Shown here in pieces: positions 29,666 to 38,542 of a stretch of 64,000 bases of DNA. Numbering within the stretch: position 1 is the stretch's first letter; each line of letters starts with the position of its first letter. The stretch lies in NCBI GenBank assembly GCA_037481695.1, contig JBBFLE010000001.1:128989-192988 (forward strand), written 5' to 3'. Origin of the DNA: a bacterium. Its GTDB lineage: Bacteria; Desulfobacterota; Desulfocorpusculales; Desulfocorpusculum. The notes below the pieces were generated by a model. The model saw nothing but the letters and a program-made list of their open reading frames with translations, made no database searches and was not told the origin of the DNA. Made by a program: the position numbers and the translations under genes.

Positions 29666-31555
29666 CTATTGGACCAATTTGATTCCCGGTGGGAACTCAT
29701 CCTTCTGCTCCTGTTCAAACACGCACAATCGAGGAGAACGTGGAGGATTAGTCATCCATGAATCAATGCATTTCACGGCGATGGAACTCAACAACCAGAT
29801 ATCATCCGAGCGAGCGGGAAAGACGGGGTGCCAGCATCCGAGCCCTTCGGGGGGCAACTCGAATCCCTTGTGCTCTTTCAACTCTTTGTCGAGCCACGGG
29901 GTCAGCATGGCCGAGAAATCATGATGGGGGAACCTCTCGCCACATGCCCCGAATAAAAATAACCGTCGGGCTTGAAGACCTGTCGAGATACTCACAAACA
30001 GTTTGTTGCCCTCCCAAGGAAAGGTGCTCAATCGGAAAGCAGCACGGTCATCACCAGTACAGTCGATGACGATAGTGCACTCCGCCATTTTCCGTTGCTC
30101 AACCTCAGTGGTGTTGTGCACGTATCGTCTGACCCCCTCGGCGGTAACGTGAGGAGAGATGCTGTTCAATCGGGCCGCCAACGACTCTGCTTTTGGTGTC
30201 TGTATCTCTTGGATGGAGAGCGTGTGACGACACAAGTTGCCCACTTCAAGGATGTCTCCGTCTACCACAACTATTCTCTGACAGCCTTCGCGAACGAGTA
30301 TCTCAGCCACCGAGGATCCTATAGCCCCAGCGCCAACTATCAGAACCTTGGCACCCGTTAGTGAAGATGATGCTCGGCCTCTTGTCCGTATCTGTTGCTC
30401 CGACCAGTTCCTTGAGATGATCCAGTCAATGCTGCTGCTATCCGAAAGAACGGTACGGGCGTCGTTCATTGCGAAGTTTCCCTCCTTGGGGCGAAAGCCT
30501 TTCACCTTGCCATGTGTAAGCACAGGCAGCTGGAGTGCCTGCCAGTGGTACATCGCGGGTTCGCCCCCAATGGTAGTTGGTATGGGGAAGCCGACAAGTA
30601 GAATGTGCCGTTTGCCGTCACGAAAGTCTCGAGCAAGGTCGAAGAACAGAGGATTGAAGTCAACGCCCTGTTCCTTCATTGCTGCTCGCAGTTCGCCGAA
30701 GGTTGCGGGGGCTTGCCAAGGGTGGATCACCGGTATACGAGGTAGGCGGATCCACATCGCGGAGAGTTTGCGCGCAGTCCCATGCCTTAACAAGGCTCCG
30801 TACTCCACTTCCCGAATGGTTTTTCCTCGTGCATTTGAGAAGGTGGTGACGGCATACCACGCGTTGACGCCATCAGGTTGAACCACGGTGGCAACCCCAC
30901 ATACCTCGACCGTCTCTTCCTGCCAGAACCGAAAGGAGTCCTCGTCTTCGATGAAGCCTAGTGTAGTGTGTGATCGTCGCGGAAAGTCTGGCAATTCGAA
31001 CGGTTCGCCCACCTCGGCTACTCGACCTGCTGCCGCAGCCTCTAACCACTCCTTAGCTCGCATTACGTGCCACCGCAACCGCTCTTCAGGCGAGGTGGGT
31101 TCGATATCGTAGGCCCGCCGCCCCGCGTAGCGCAGCGATGTCCGGACGCATATCTTCCCCTCTCGCCACGGGACATCAGGATTCCCCTCAGCGTTGTGTG
31201 ACTGATGGGGAAATGTGTGTTTGATCCCCCCGTCTTTGGCAGGATACAGTTCAATATCGCCCCATGGATAGTCGTCATCTGCAACGATGAACCACACCGA
31301 CTTGGCAGGAATGAGACCGGCAGGCTTTACCGTCAAACGACATCGCAGCGCCCATTTCTTGAATAGCTCATTCCACACCCAGTCTTCCAACAGTTCGCAG
31401 AAAGGGAGTCCATCCAGCGCTCGTCGTGCTCGCAACAAACTATCTGGTGGTTGGAATTTCATATTGTCAAGCAAAGCGTCCGCCTCCGATGATGGAGACA
31501 TTCTTCCTTGGCGTATACCCACCCGGCTTGTCGGGCGACTCACCGTTACCGTCAT
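29666..31555 (-). CDS. cap2: CBASS Cap2-like E2/E1 fusion (ubiquitin-conjugation-like)
   Basis: C-terminal ThiF/E1 Rossmann KVLIVGAGAIGSSVAEIL...VVVDGDILEVGNLCRH; N-terminal E2-like half; start ambiguous (ATG 31555, 31501 or 31462; the ORF runs to TTG 31591), overlapping the CD-NTase 3' end. Confidence 0.7.
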   Translation of the reverse strand: MTVTVSRPTSRVGIRQGRMSPSSEADALLDNMKFQPPDSLLRARRALDGLPFCELLEDWVWNELFKKWALRCRLTVKPAGLIPAKSVWFIVADDDYPWGDIELYPAKDGGIKHTFPHQSHNAEGNPDVPWREGKICVRTSLRYAGRRAYDIEPTSPEERLRWHVMRAKEWLEAAAAGRVAEVGEPFELPDFPRRSHTTLGFIEDEDSFRFWQEETVEVCGVATVVQPDGVNAWYAVTTFSNARGKTIREVEYGALLRHGTARKLSAMWIRLPRIPVIHPWQAPATFGELRAAMKEQGVDFNPLFFDLARDFRDGKRHILLVGFPIPTTIGGEPAMYHWQALQLPVLTHGKVKGFRPKEGNFAMNDARTVLSDSSSIDWIISRNWSEQQIRTRGRASSSLTGAKVLIVGAGAIGSSVAEILVREGCQRIVVVDGDILEVGNLCRHTLSIQEIQTPKAESLAARLNSISPHVTAEGVRRYVHNTTEVEQRKMAECTIVIDCTGDDRAAFRLSTFPWEGNKLFVSISTGLQARRLFLFGACGERFPHHDFSAMLTPWLDKELKEHKGFELPPEGLGCWHPVFPARSDDIWLLSSIAVKCIDSWMTNPPRSPRLCVFEQEQKDEFPPGIKLVQ

Positions 31556-32603
31556 CCTTCTTTGCCGGTGGGTCCGGGAACCGGTCACCAAAGAGCTGTC
31601 GCCACAGAATCACGCTCTCGTGCAGGTCTTCTTCGTTGTATGCTCGGCGGGCTAACTCGGCTGCCTCCGTGATGTGCTCGTGGAAGGCGACGAAGTCATC
31701 GGGAGACACTCGCCCTAATACATTGTGCTCTGGAACACCATGGTCAGGAACCCTTGGTGTTCGTTTCTGCTCAACATCTGTGCGGTATACGTCGCGAATG
31801 CCTTCGAGGGCTGAGACCACACCAGCGGCGACGGATTGAATACCATCCGCGCAGTTTATGCAGCAAAGGTGCTCTAGGGGATAGCTCTTGGGGTACTTTG
31901 GCTCCCGGCGTTGCGTGGTTCGCCACCATTTCAGGCACTTCACAACGTCGAGGTAGTAGCCATTGCATGCTGCATTCTTTCTTTGCGTTGCTTCAATCTG
32001 AGCCAATGGATGTGTCTTGTGCCATTCCTGTGCTTCTCGGTCAGGAATCCAGAGGGGCTCGTTTCGCCATTGTTCATCCCCCGCCTTCTCCAATATCGCG
32101 CCTAGCGATTTGCCAGACCGCCACGACAGGCTGAGCCTCCAGTCACGAGCTTCTTCCAGTGTTTGGTCGGTTGAGACGCTCGCAGACTTGACGAGCTGTT
32201 TCAGCGCCTCGCTAGGTGCGGATGTCGGCACGAGGTCCAGTTGGACATAAGATAGTTCAATGCCCCACGAGCGGCCTTGCGGCTTGTACTTGCCCTTGTA
32301 GTGCTTCTCCAAGAAGGGCCTGAAGCGTTCCAAGGCCTCACGAGGTGTGATCTTGTTTCGGTCGAGATTCGTTACGATGATAATGTCGACATCGGATTTC
32401 CTCCGGTCTTCGAACGGTCTGATCGCCGTGGAGCGCCTATAGCTGCCCTGAAGGAAGGTCGCCACAACGATGTCCTTCAAATCTTCGTCCTTGAGGAGCC
32501 GGTCCCTGAGTGTGCTGTGCCCGTTCTTACAATCCTGGACTTGGCTCTCCGTGATCCTGATGTTCCTCAAGAAATCGATGAAGTACGATGGTACATTACT
32601 CAT
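31467..32603 (-). CDS. CD-NTase (cGAS/DncV-like nucleotidyltransferase) of a type II CBASS
   Basis: GSYRRSTAIRPFEDRRKSDVDIIIV (GS...[DE]h[DE] NTase active-site motif); 378 aa; C-terminus ...IIGGGRFA; ATGA start/stop overlap with the effector gene. Confidence 0.75.
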   Translation of the reverse strand: MSNVPSYFIDFLRNIRITESQVQDCKNGHSTLRDRLLKDEDLKDIVVATFLQGSYRRSTAIRPFEDRRKSDVDIIIVTNLDRNKITPREALERFRPFLEKHYKGKYKPQGRSWGIELSYVQLDLVPTSAPSEALKQLVKSASVSTDQTLEEARDWRLSLSWRSGKSLGAILEKAGDEQWRNEPLWIPDREAQEWHKTHPLAQIEATQRKNAACNGYYLDVVKCLKWWRTTQRREPKYPKSYPLEHLCCINCADGIQSVAAGVVSALEGIRDVYRTDVEQKRTPRVPDHGVPEHNVLGRVSPDDFVAFHEHITEAAELARRAYNEEDLHESVILWRQLFGDRFPDPPAKKDDGNGESPDKPGGYTPRKNVSIIGGGRFA

Positions 32604-34171
32604 TCCATGTCCCCCTTATGTTTTCCACGCGTTCCAAAACTCGAGCCGCAACTAATAGGGACGCTGATAGACTGATAATATGCAGCACCGCCTGCATCGA
32701 GATCATGCTCGTACAGCACCAGCTTGCCGAGAACGTGCGCCAACCGCCCAAGCAGGAACATTATGCCGTTGGGGGCCGCGAAGAACACGTGCAATACGCC
32801 GCCTTGTCCGCCGCACAACTCCCTGACGGTGGCAACGAGACACTCGGCCAAGAGATGGGCATGAGTTCCATCCTTAACCGATGAGGGGCCTGCAGACGGG
32901 AGGAGGAAGTGAACGATGCTCCCGGCTGTCTTGACGTTCAGTCTCACGTACTTCAAGACGTCCTTCTCGATGTTATGTGTGGCGCTGATTGCAAGGACCG
33001 TATCCGTGGTGTTCGCCGGTTCCAGTTTGATAACGCTCACATCCCATTTCGGGTAGTGTTTCTCGATTTCGGGCGAAACGTGTGCTTTTCTCCATATATG
33101 CCGCCCTGCAAGGCTGTCCTGCACGGGCACGATGTCCACGCCAGATTTTGGGTTCAGCGCCCATCCCGCAATGAATGCGATGCTACCGTGCGTCTGGAGG
33201 CGGATATGGAATGAGCGCGAAGGCTTCACATTCACATCGAGAAAGCGAATCACCGCAGGGGCTATGATCTCATTCCACGTATTGGGTACTCTTGGAAACC
33301 GCCCGTTGAAATGGCGAAGCAGGCAGAGTGTCGCGTCGGTTTCGTCTTCAAGGTTCTCGGCATACCGCCAGAAGCTGCGGATGCCGATCCTTGTGGCATC
33401 AGGCTCTTCAATCGCCCGCCCCGCCCAGAGAGCACATTCGCGGGAGAGTTTTTCAAGGGAATCTCTTGTAAGAACTCTGTCTCCTCTTTCAATTAGTTTT
33501 CGCCCAAGATCATCGTACGGGTTTATGGGGTTGCCCGGCTGGACCGGAACGAGCCCTACCAAACGGAGGCGAAGATTTAGGTCTTCGCCCAATTTTTCCA
33601 ATGTCGGCCCCTGATGCACGCGAACAAGGCGCAGCAAACGCTGCAGTTCCTCGTCTGACCGGAGGCCTAAATGTCTCTTCCACGCCTCACGCACTTTCCC
33701 CATCCTCGACTTAGGGCCGCCTCGAGACAACACATCCCATCGCAGGCTTCCGTCGGTCAGGCTGTGAAATGCGCCCATCTCGTTGTCGGGATGGACCTGC
33801 CACGGTGAAAAGATGTTGAACCGACAGTTACAGCCTTTTGATGCGCATTTGCGTTGCGCGTTCAAAAGTCGTTGCAGAATGGATACTGAGTTGGCGTTCA
33901 CAAACGAGGGATCCATCATGTTTTGCCATGTGAAGGCCCCGTTGCTTTTAACGTGAAACTTGACTTGGTAGAAATCTGCGTGAATGGACTCACCCGCATC
34001 GGAATAGCCGCTATAACGGACCACCACGTCGTCCAGAGATTTTGCCTCATCGCTCTCAATCTCCACGCTTACAACTTTCGTCTTGTCCTCGAGCAGACGG
34101 CATGCCTGCAACCAGAAGAAACGTATCTGATAGTCGTCGCCCTGAAGCCGTGCTGCAACTGCTCTAGCCAT
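32600..34171 (-). CDS. cap4: Cap4-like CBASS effector: N-terminal DUF4297/REase-fold nuclease plus C-terminal SAVED domain
   Basis: Start at MARAVAARLQGDDYQIRFFW (GGAGG upstream; 2-nt gap after the helicase stop); D...QVK nuclease motif; C-terminus ...LHVFFAAPNGIMFLLGRL typical of SAVED. Confidence 0.6.
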   Translation of the reverse strand: MARAVAARLQGDDYQIRFFWLQACRLLEDKTKVVSVEIESDEAKSLDDVVVRYSGYSDAGESIHADFYQVKFHVKSNGAFTWQNMMDPSFVNANSVSILQRLLNAQRKCASKGCNCRFNIFSPWQVHPDNEMGAFHSLTDGSLRWDVLSRGGPKSRMGKVREAWKRHLGLRSDEELQRLLRLVRVHQGPTLEKLGEDLNLRLRLVGLVPVQPGNPINPYDDLGRKLIERGDRVLTRDSLEKLSRECALWAGRAIEEPDATRIGIRSFWRYAENLEDETDATLCLLRHFNGRFPRVPNTWNEIIAPAVIRFLDVNVKPSRSFHIRLQTHGSIAFIAGWALNPKSGVDIVPVQDSLAGRHIWRKAHVSPEIEKHYPKWDVSVIKLEPANTTDTVLAISATHNIEKDVLKYVRLNVKTAGSIVHFLLPSAGPSSVKDGTHAHLLAECLVATVRELCGGQGGVLHVFFAAPNGIMFLLGRLAHVLGKLVLYEHDLDAGGAAYYQSISVPISCGSSFGTRGKHKGDME

Positions 34172-34173
34172 AT

Positions 34174-37100
34174 TCAGCTCTCCTCCGCCTCCATGATCTG
34201 CCTTGCGCTGATCAGAACGCTCCCCTTGGCCCGGGCGAGCAGGCTCCCGAAGGGGTCCTGGACGCGCACGAGGCGTGGGTTCGAGGTGGCGCAGTCGTAG
34301 ACTACGTAGAGCCAGTAGTCCTGCCGCATGTTGCAGGCCCTGGCCCATTCATTGGCGGACACCTCGATGTCGCCGGTGCCGGCCCGGCCCTTGACCTCGA
34401 TGGCGCGTTTCTCGAAAGTAGAAGGGGCGTCCTCGCCGCTTGAAGTTACGCGACGAGACGTCGCGTCTACAGAGCGGATGGAAAGCAGGTCAAAGCCAGG
34501 GTTCTCCGGCAACCCTGCCGCACGCGCCAGCTCCGGAGTATGCACGTCCAGAACCTTCGCTCCTGCGGCTTCCTCGAAGGCCCGGGCGATTCTCATGGCG
34601 GCCAATTCCACGTTGATGTCGTGCTCCTTGATGTCTCTCGGATCAGAGGATGGCACAACCAGGGCGTGCGCGACGAAGGTAATTGGGCCAGGCGCGACCA
34701 GCTCGGGTTCTCGACGCAGCACCGCCAGGGCGTTCGATCTGCGTTGGGCAAGCTGTCTCTGCTGGCGCTTTACTTCCTCCAGCGCATCCATGGCTTTTCG
34801 GTTTCCCTTGCGAGCCTTTTCCGCGTGCCTGGTGCGGGCGGCCGCAAGTTCGGCCTCCCGGAAGTCGAAGCCGCGGCGAAGGAAGCTCTCACGCTCCGGC
34901 AGCGTGTCCAACAACCTCTTTCTGCGCTCCAATGCCATTTGGCGCGCCACTTGTTCCAGGAGAAACGCTTTCGCCTGTTCCTTCATCTTGCCGGCCTCAA
35001 CCGCCAATCGCTGCGCAGCAGGCGGGAGGCCATGACCACCTTTCAAGAGGAGGAGGTGTTCGACCGGGCAGAGCGCCACGTCGGCGTCATCGTACTGCCT
35101 CAGCCCCACCAGCCGGCATTCGAGCGTCTCTTCCTCGGTGAGTTCGGTCAGTTCCGCGTCGGGTTTTCGGATCACCGACAAGAGCGCCATGTGGAAGAGA
35201 TACGGCCTATCGGTCATGGGGTCGACGAAGACGGCGCCCCTTTGGCCTGCGTCCGCGAGGCGTTCGGAAATCAGGGCGCGGAATCGCTCGAAGACGGGCT
35301 CGCCTGGATGAAGCCAGATCACCTCTTTCGGATCTGTAGGTCTGGACACTGTCAGTTTCTCGCGGGACTTCTCCGGATAGAACTCCAGCGCGGACAAGAG
35401 CGGGTCCATCGCCCCCGTTCGCTTGGGGCGCAGGGAGAACACGCCTCCAGGATCCCCCTCGATTTCCAGACCCAAGAGCGGCGCCGCCTGCTCGATGTAC
35501 TGGCGGACGTAGCCCGGCAACAACCGGAAATACACCTCCCGCTCGAGGTTCTCTCGAAGCCGCGGGAGTTGCCTGGCGACATCTCCGCCCGAGCCGTAAA
35601 GGGACCGTTCGCGGGCGGCCAGGGCCTCCAATTGCTCCTTGGTCAGGCGGCCATCCAGTTCACGCGCCACCTCGTCGGGGTCTTCGATGACCGCAAGCTC
35701 CATGTACTTCCTGATGGAAACCCCCTGGAATATCCGCCCGATGCAATCGAAGACCTTGTCAGAGTTTAGCTCCTTCCGAATTTTCTCCATCTTGTCGAGA
35801 AGCGTCTTGAGCACCCGGCCTTCCCGGGTGGACGGCGCCACAAGGTTCAGGATGATGACCGGATCGTGCTTTTGCAGGTAGCGATGGATGCGCCCCATCC
35901 GCTGTTCGAGGCGCGCCGGGTTCCACGGCACGTCGTAGTTGATCATGATCCAGCAGAACTGGAGGTTGATCCCCTCGCCCGCCGCGTCCGTGCATACCAG
36001 AAACCGTGCGCCGCCCTCATGAGACGCCTTGCGGAAGCGCTCCACTTCTTCTTCACGCTGGGTAAAGTGCATGCCGCCGTGGATCTGGGCCACCTGCCCC
36101 GTGTAGCCCATCCCGATGAGGCGCTTGACCAAGAAGTCCAGCGTGTCCCGGTGCTCCGTGAACACGATGAACTTCTCGTCACCGAATTTAGGGTCGGTCA
36201 GGATTTCCCTAAGCTTCTCGAACTTGGACTCCTGGCCTAGGTCGTAGACCTGCCTCGCCAACGCGAGCAACTTTTGGACCTGCTCCCGTTCGGCCAACAG
36301 ATCCGCCAGCGAAGCGGCGACCACCCCCTGGAGCAACTTGTCCTCGGCAAGCTCGTTTTCCTCGCGACCTTCCGCCGGGCTTTCATCATCAGCGGTCTTG
36401 TTATCGAGGACGTCGTCTGTCTCATGGATGCGTTGCTGCAGGGTCACGAGCTGCTCGACGTTCAGTTCGCCGTCCTGCACGGCCTCAATGAGTCCTTCGA
36501 GCTTTTCAATCCGGCGCTCGAAGGATCGCAGGAGCGCCCAAGTTGAGCTGGCCAGCCTCCGCTGGAACACGCCCATGGCCAGCCGCGCTGCCTCCCGGTT
36601 CAGGAGCTTCGCCTTATTGTAGACGAACCGAAGGTAGTCTGTGGTCTCGTCGTATAGGGTCTGTTCGCTGATCGGGCCCTGGGATAGTTCATAGCCGAGC
36701 GTGTCTGAGATCCGCTTCGGGAAAAGAGGCCTGCCGTCGAGGTAGACCATCTCCTCCTTGGTGCGGCGAATGAAATGGCTCGCGCGGTGTTCCGCCGGGA
36801 ACTCGTTGAACGCTTCCGGAGTGGACAGCACGTCGGGTTCAAGGAGCCGCCACAGCGCGTAGTAGGGGTAGTCCTTGCCCATGTGGGGCGTGGCGGTGAG
36901 CAAGAGGAGATGATGGGCGCACCAGCCCAGACTCCATTGATCATCGAGATCGCGCACTCCCGCCAGGGCCTCCGCCAAGCAGTAGCGGTCTGTCTTGCGC
37001 ACCCGCATGTCGTTGCCGCGATCTGCGGACAGTTTGTGTGCCTCGTCAAAGACGACGAGATCGTAGGGGATGACATCGGGTTCCTTGAGGCGGGCAAAGA

Positions 37101-37791
37101 CCCTGGGGCTGGAGAGCGTGTCCAAGCTGACGATGATCCGGTCGCTGTCATCGCCTTTGAACGGGTTGTCGTTACGGGCGTCTGATCCGCTCACGATTCG
37201 GAAGACCAGGTTGAAAAGCGTCGCCAGTTCATGCCGCCAGTTTCCGACTAGCCCCGCCGGGGTGACGATCAGGACTCGACGCAGGAGCCGTCGGGAGAGC
37301 ATCTCGCGGAGGTAGAGCCCGGTCATGATCGTCTTCCCCGCGCCGGCATCGTCGGCCAAGAGGAAGCGGAGCCGGGCTTGCTTGAGCATGTGCTCGTAGA
37401 CGGCGATGCGCTGGTGAGGCAGCGGATCGATGCAGGAGATCTCGGTGGCAAAGGCGGGATTCATGAGGTGGCCGAAGGAAAGCCGTTCACCCTCGGCCAG
37501 CACCTTCACAATCTCGGGCGGGGCGGTGAAGTCCAGTATCGGTGGTGCGCCCCCGTAGGAGTGTTGCTCCGGCTCGGCGACCTTGCTTCGAGTGTCCAGT
37601 TCCGCCTCCAGCTGTCGTAGGCGGGCCCAGCAGATTTTCGATGGCTTGACCTTGCCGTTCTCCCAACGATTTACGGTAGGAAATGATACGCCGACCGCCT
37701 CAGCGAGCGCGACCTGGGTCAGTCCTAAGCGTGCCCGCAAGGCTTTTATCCTGCGAGGGTAATCGTCTCCTGGCGTTGAAGTCATAGCCAT
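34174..37791 (-). CDS. XRE-family HTH fused to SNF2/COG0553 helicase with C-terminal DUF3883-like domain
   Basis: LGLTQVALAEAVGVSFPTVNRWENG HTH; DDAGAGKT (motif I), VVFDEAHKL (II), LLLTATP (III), QRMGRIHRYLQ (VI); C-terminal EVKGRAGTGDIEVSANEW...YWLYVV; start at MAMTST. Confidence 0.8.
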   Translation of the reverse strand: MAMTSTPGDDYPRRIKALRARLGLTQVALAEAVGVSFPTVNRWENGKVKPSKICWARLRQLEAELDTRSKVAEPEQHSYGGAPPILDFTAPPEIVKVLAEGERLSFGHLMNPAFATEISCIDPLPHQRIAVYEHMLKQARLRFLLADDAGAGKTIMTGLYLREMLSRRLLRRVLIVTPAGLVGNWRHELATLFNLVFRIVSGSDARNDNPFKGDDSDRIIVSLDTLSSPRVFARLKEPDVIPYDLVVFDEAHKLSADRGNDMRVRKTDRYCLAEALAGVRDLDDQWSLGWCAHHLLLLTATPHMGKDYPYYALWRLLEPDVLSTPEAFNEFPAEHRASHFIRRTKEEMVYLDGRPLFPKRISDTLGYELSQGPISEQTLYDETTDYLRFVYNKAKLLNREAARLAMGVFQRRLASSTWALLRSFERRIEKLEGLIEAVQDGELNVEQLVTLQQRIHETDDVLDNKTADDESPAEGREENELAEDKLLQGVVAASLADLLAEREQVQKLLALARQVYDLGQESKFEKLREILTDPKFGDEKFIVFTEHRDTLDFLVKRLIGMGYTGQVAQIHGGMHFTQREEEVERFRKASHEGGARFLVCTDAAGEGINLQFCWIMINYDVPWNPARLEQRMGRIHRYLQKHDPVIILNLVAPSTREGRVLKTLLDKMEKIRKELNSDKVFDCIGRIFQGVSIRKYMELAVIEDPDEVARELDGRLTKEQLEALAARERSLYGSGGDVARQLPRLRENLEREVYFRLLPGYVRQYIEQAAPLLGLEIEGDPGGVFSLRPKRTGAMDPLLSALEFYPEKSREKLTVSRPTDPKEVIWLHPGEPVFERFRALISERLADAGQRGAVFVDPMTDRPYLFHMALLSVIRKPDAELTELTEEETLECRLVGLRQYDDADVALCPVEHLLLLKGGHGLPPAAQRLAVEAGKMKEQAKAFLLEQVARQMALERRKRLLDTLPERESFLRRGFDFREAELAAARTRHAEKARKGNRKAMDALEEVKRQQRQLAQRRSNALAVLRREPELVAPGPITFVAHALVVPSSDPRDIKEHDINVELAAMRIARAFEEAAGAKVLDVHTPELARAAGLPENPGFDLLSIRSVDATSRRVTSSGEDAPSTFEKRAIEVKGRAGTGDIEVSANEWARACNMRQDYWLYVVYDCATSNPRLVRVQDPFGSLLARAKGSVLISARQIMEAEES
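34418..34470. repeat. REP doublet (REPIN) in frame in the helicase, between the helicase core and the DUF3883-like domain (encodes SVDATSRRVTSSGEDAPSTF)
   Basis: GTAGAAGGGGCG-tcct-CGCCGCTT/gaagtt/ACGCGACG-aga-CGTCGCGTCTAC; same family as the copies in the methyltransferase. Confidence 0.75.
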
Positions 37792-37823
37792 GGTATTCTC
37801 ATCGCCGAGTGACAATATAAAAA

Positions 37824-37852
37824 ATTATATCATATGCAATAGTGAGTGTCAA
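37824..37852 (-). promoter_or_regulatory. Consensus sigma70 promoter TTGACA-N17-TATAAT driving the helicase/CBASS/MTase/ATPase gene string
   Basis: Minus-strand reading TTGACActcactattgcatatgaTATAAT, about 30 nt upstream of the helicase start; AT-rich with ATATAA/TTATAT inverted repeat. Confidence 0.55.
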
Positions 37853-38149
37853 ACTATCACACGATGGGAGGCATTTGCGCTGTTAAGGTTTTGGGAGGCC
37901 TGGTCAATGCGCGGAGAGGTTTGCACGGCGGGTTGGGGCCGGCAGATGTCACAGCTGGAGGCCCAAAAGCTTTTGCTACAGGCTCACTTTGGCGCTCTGA
38001 GCATTTTCACTCCTGGTTTCAAAAACACCACCCCCCGCTGCTTCTCGATCTGCCTCCCACCTTGCAACAACTACGCTGCCTTGCGTGACTTGGGGCTCCA
38101 AACCAAAGAACGCATTTGCTCCTTACGATTGCTCTCGACCACCCCTACC

Positions 38150-38526
38150 GCTGTCAGCTTTCATGGAAATGACCCACTTTGAGGGATGGTTTTTCACGGA
38201 TATGAGCCACGTGGTTTTCATCTGATTGACCCACCCGTGGGGAGTGGAGAAGTAGTGGGTGGCATGCCCATGGCACATGGGAGAGCCCTTTGTGTCCATA
38301 CCTAAAGCCCCACTTGTTGCTGCTAAATGACTTGGCTTTGAAGGACTTTAGCCTCCAGCAAGCCCAGGACATCTATGATCTCATTGATGAACGAAGCCGA
38401 GCAGGCTCCGTGATGGTGGCCTCCCACCGAGCCCCCCAGGACTGGTACCCGTTTTTTCCCAACCCGGTATTGGCCGAGGGGGTCCTACATCGCGAAAACC
38501 CCCTGGGTCATATGCGTGAAAAGTGA
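38150..38526 (+). pseudogene. istB: Remnant of an IS21-family istB helper ATPase gene (C-terminal part intact, upstream part decayed/frameshifted; no istA)
   Basis: PHLLLLNDLALKDFSLQQAQDIYDLIDERSRAGSVMVASHRAPQDWYPFFPNPVLAEGVLHR aligns to the IstB C-terminal block (LLILDE...LF.LI..RYE.GS.I.TSN....W...F.D...A.A.LDRL.H); upstream LIDPPVGSGE resembles a degraded Walker A. Confidence 0.55.
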
Positions 38527-38542
38527 AAGCTGTATGGCGCTC

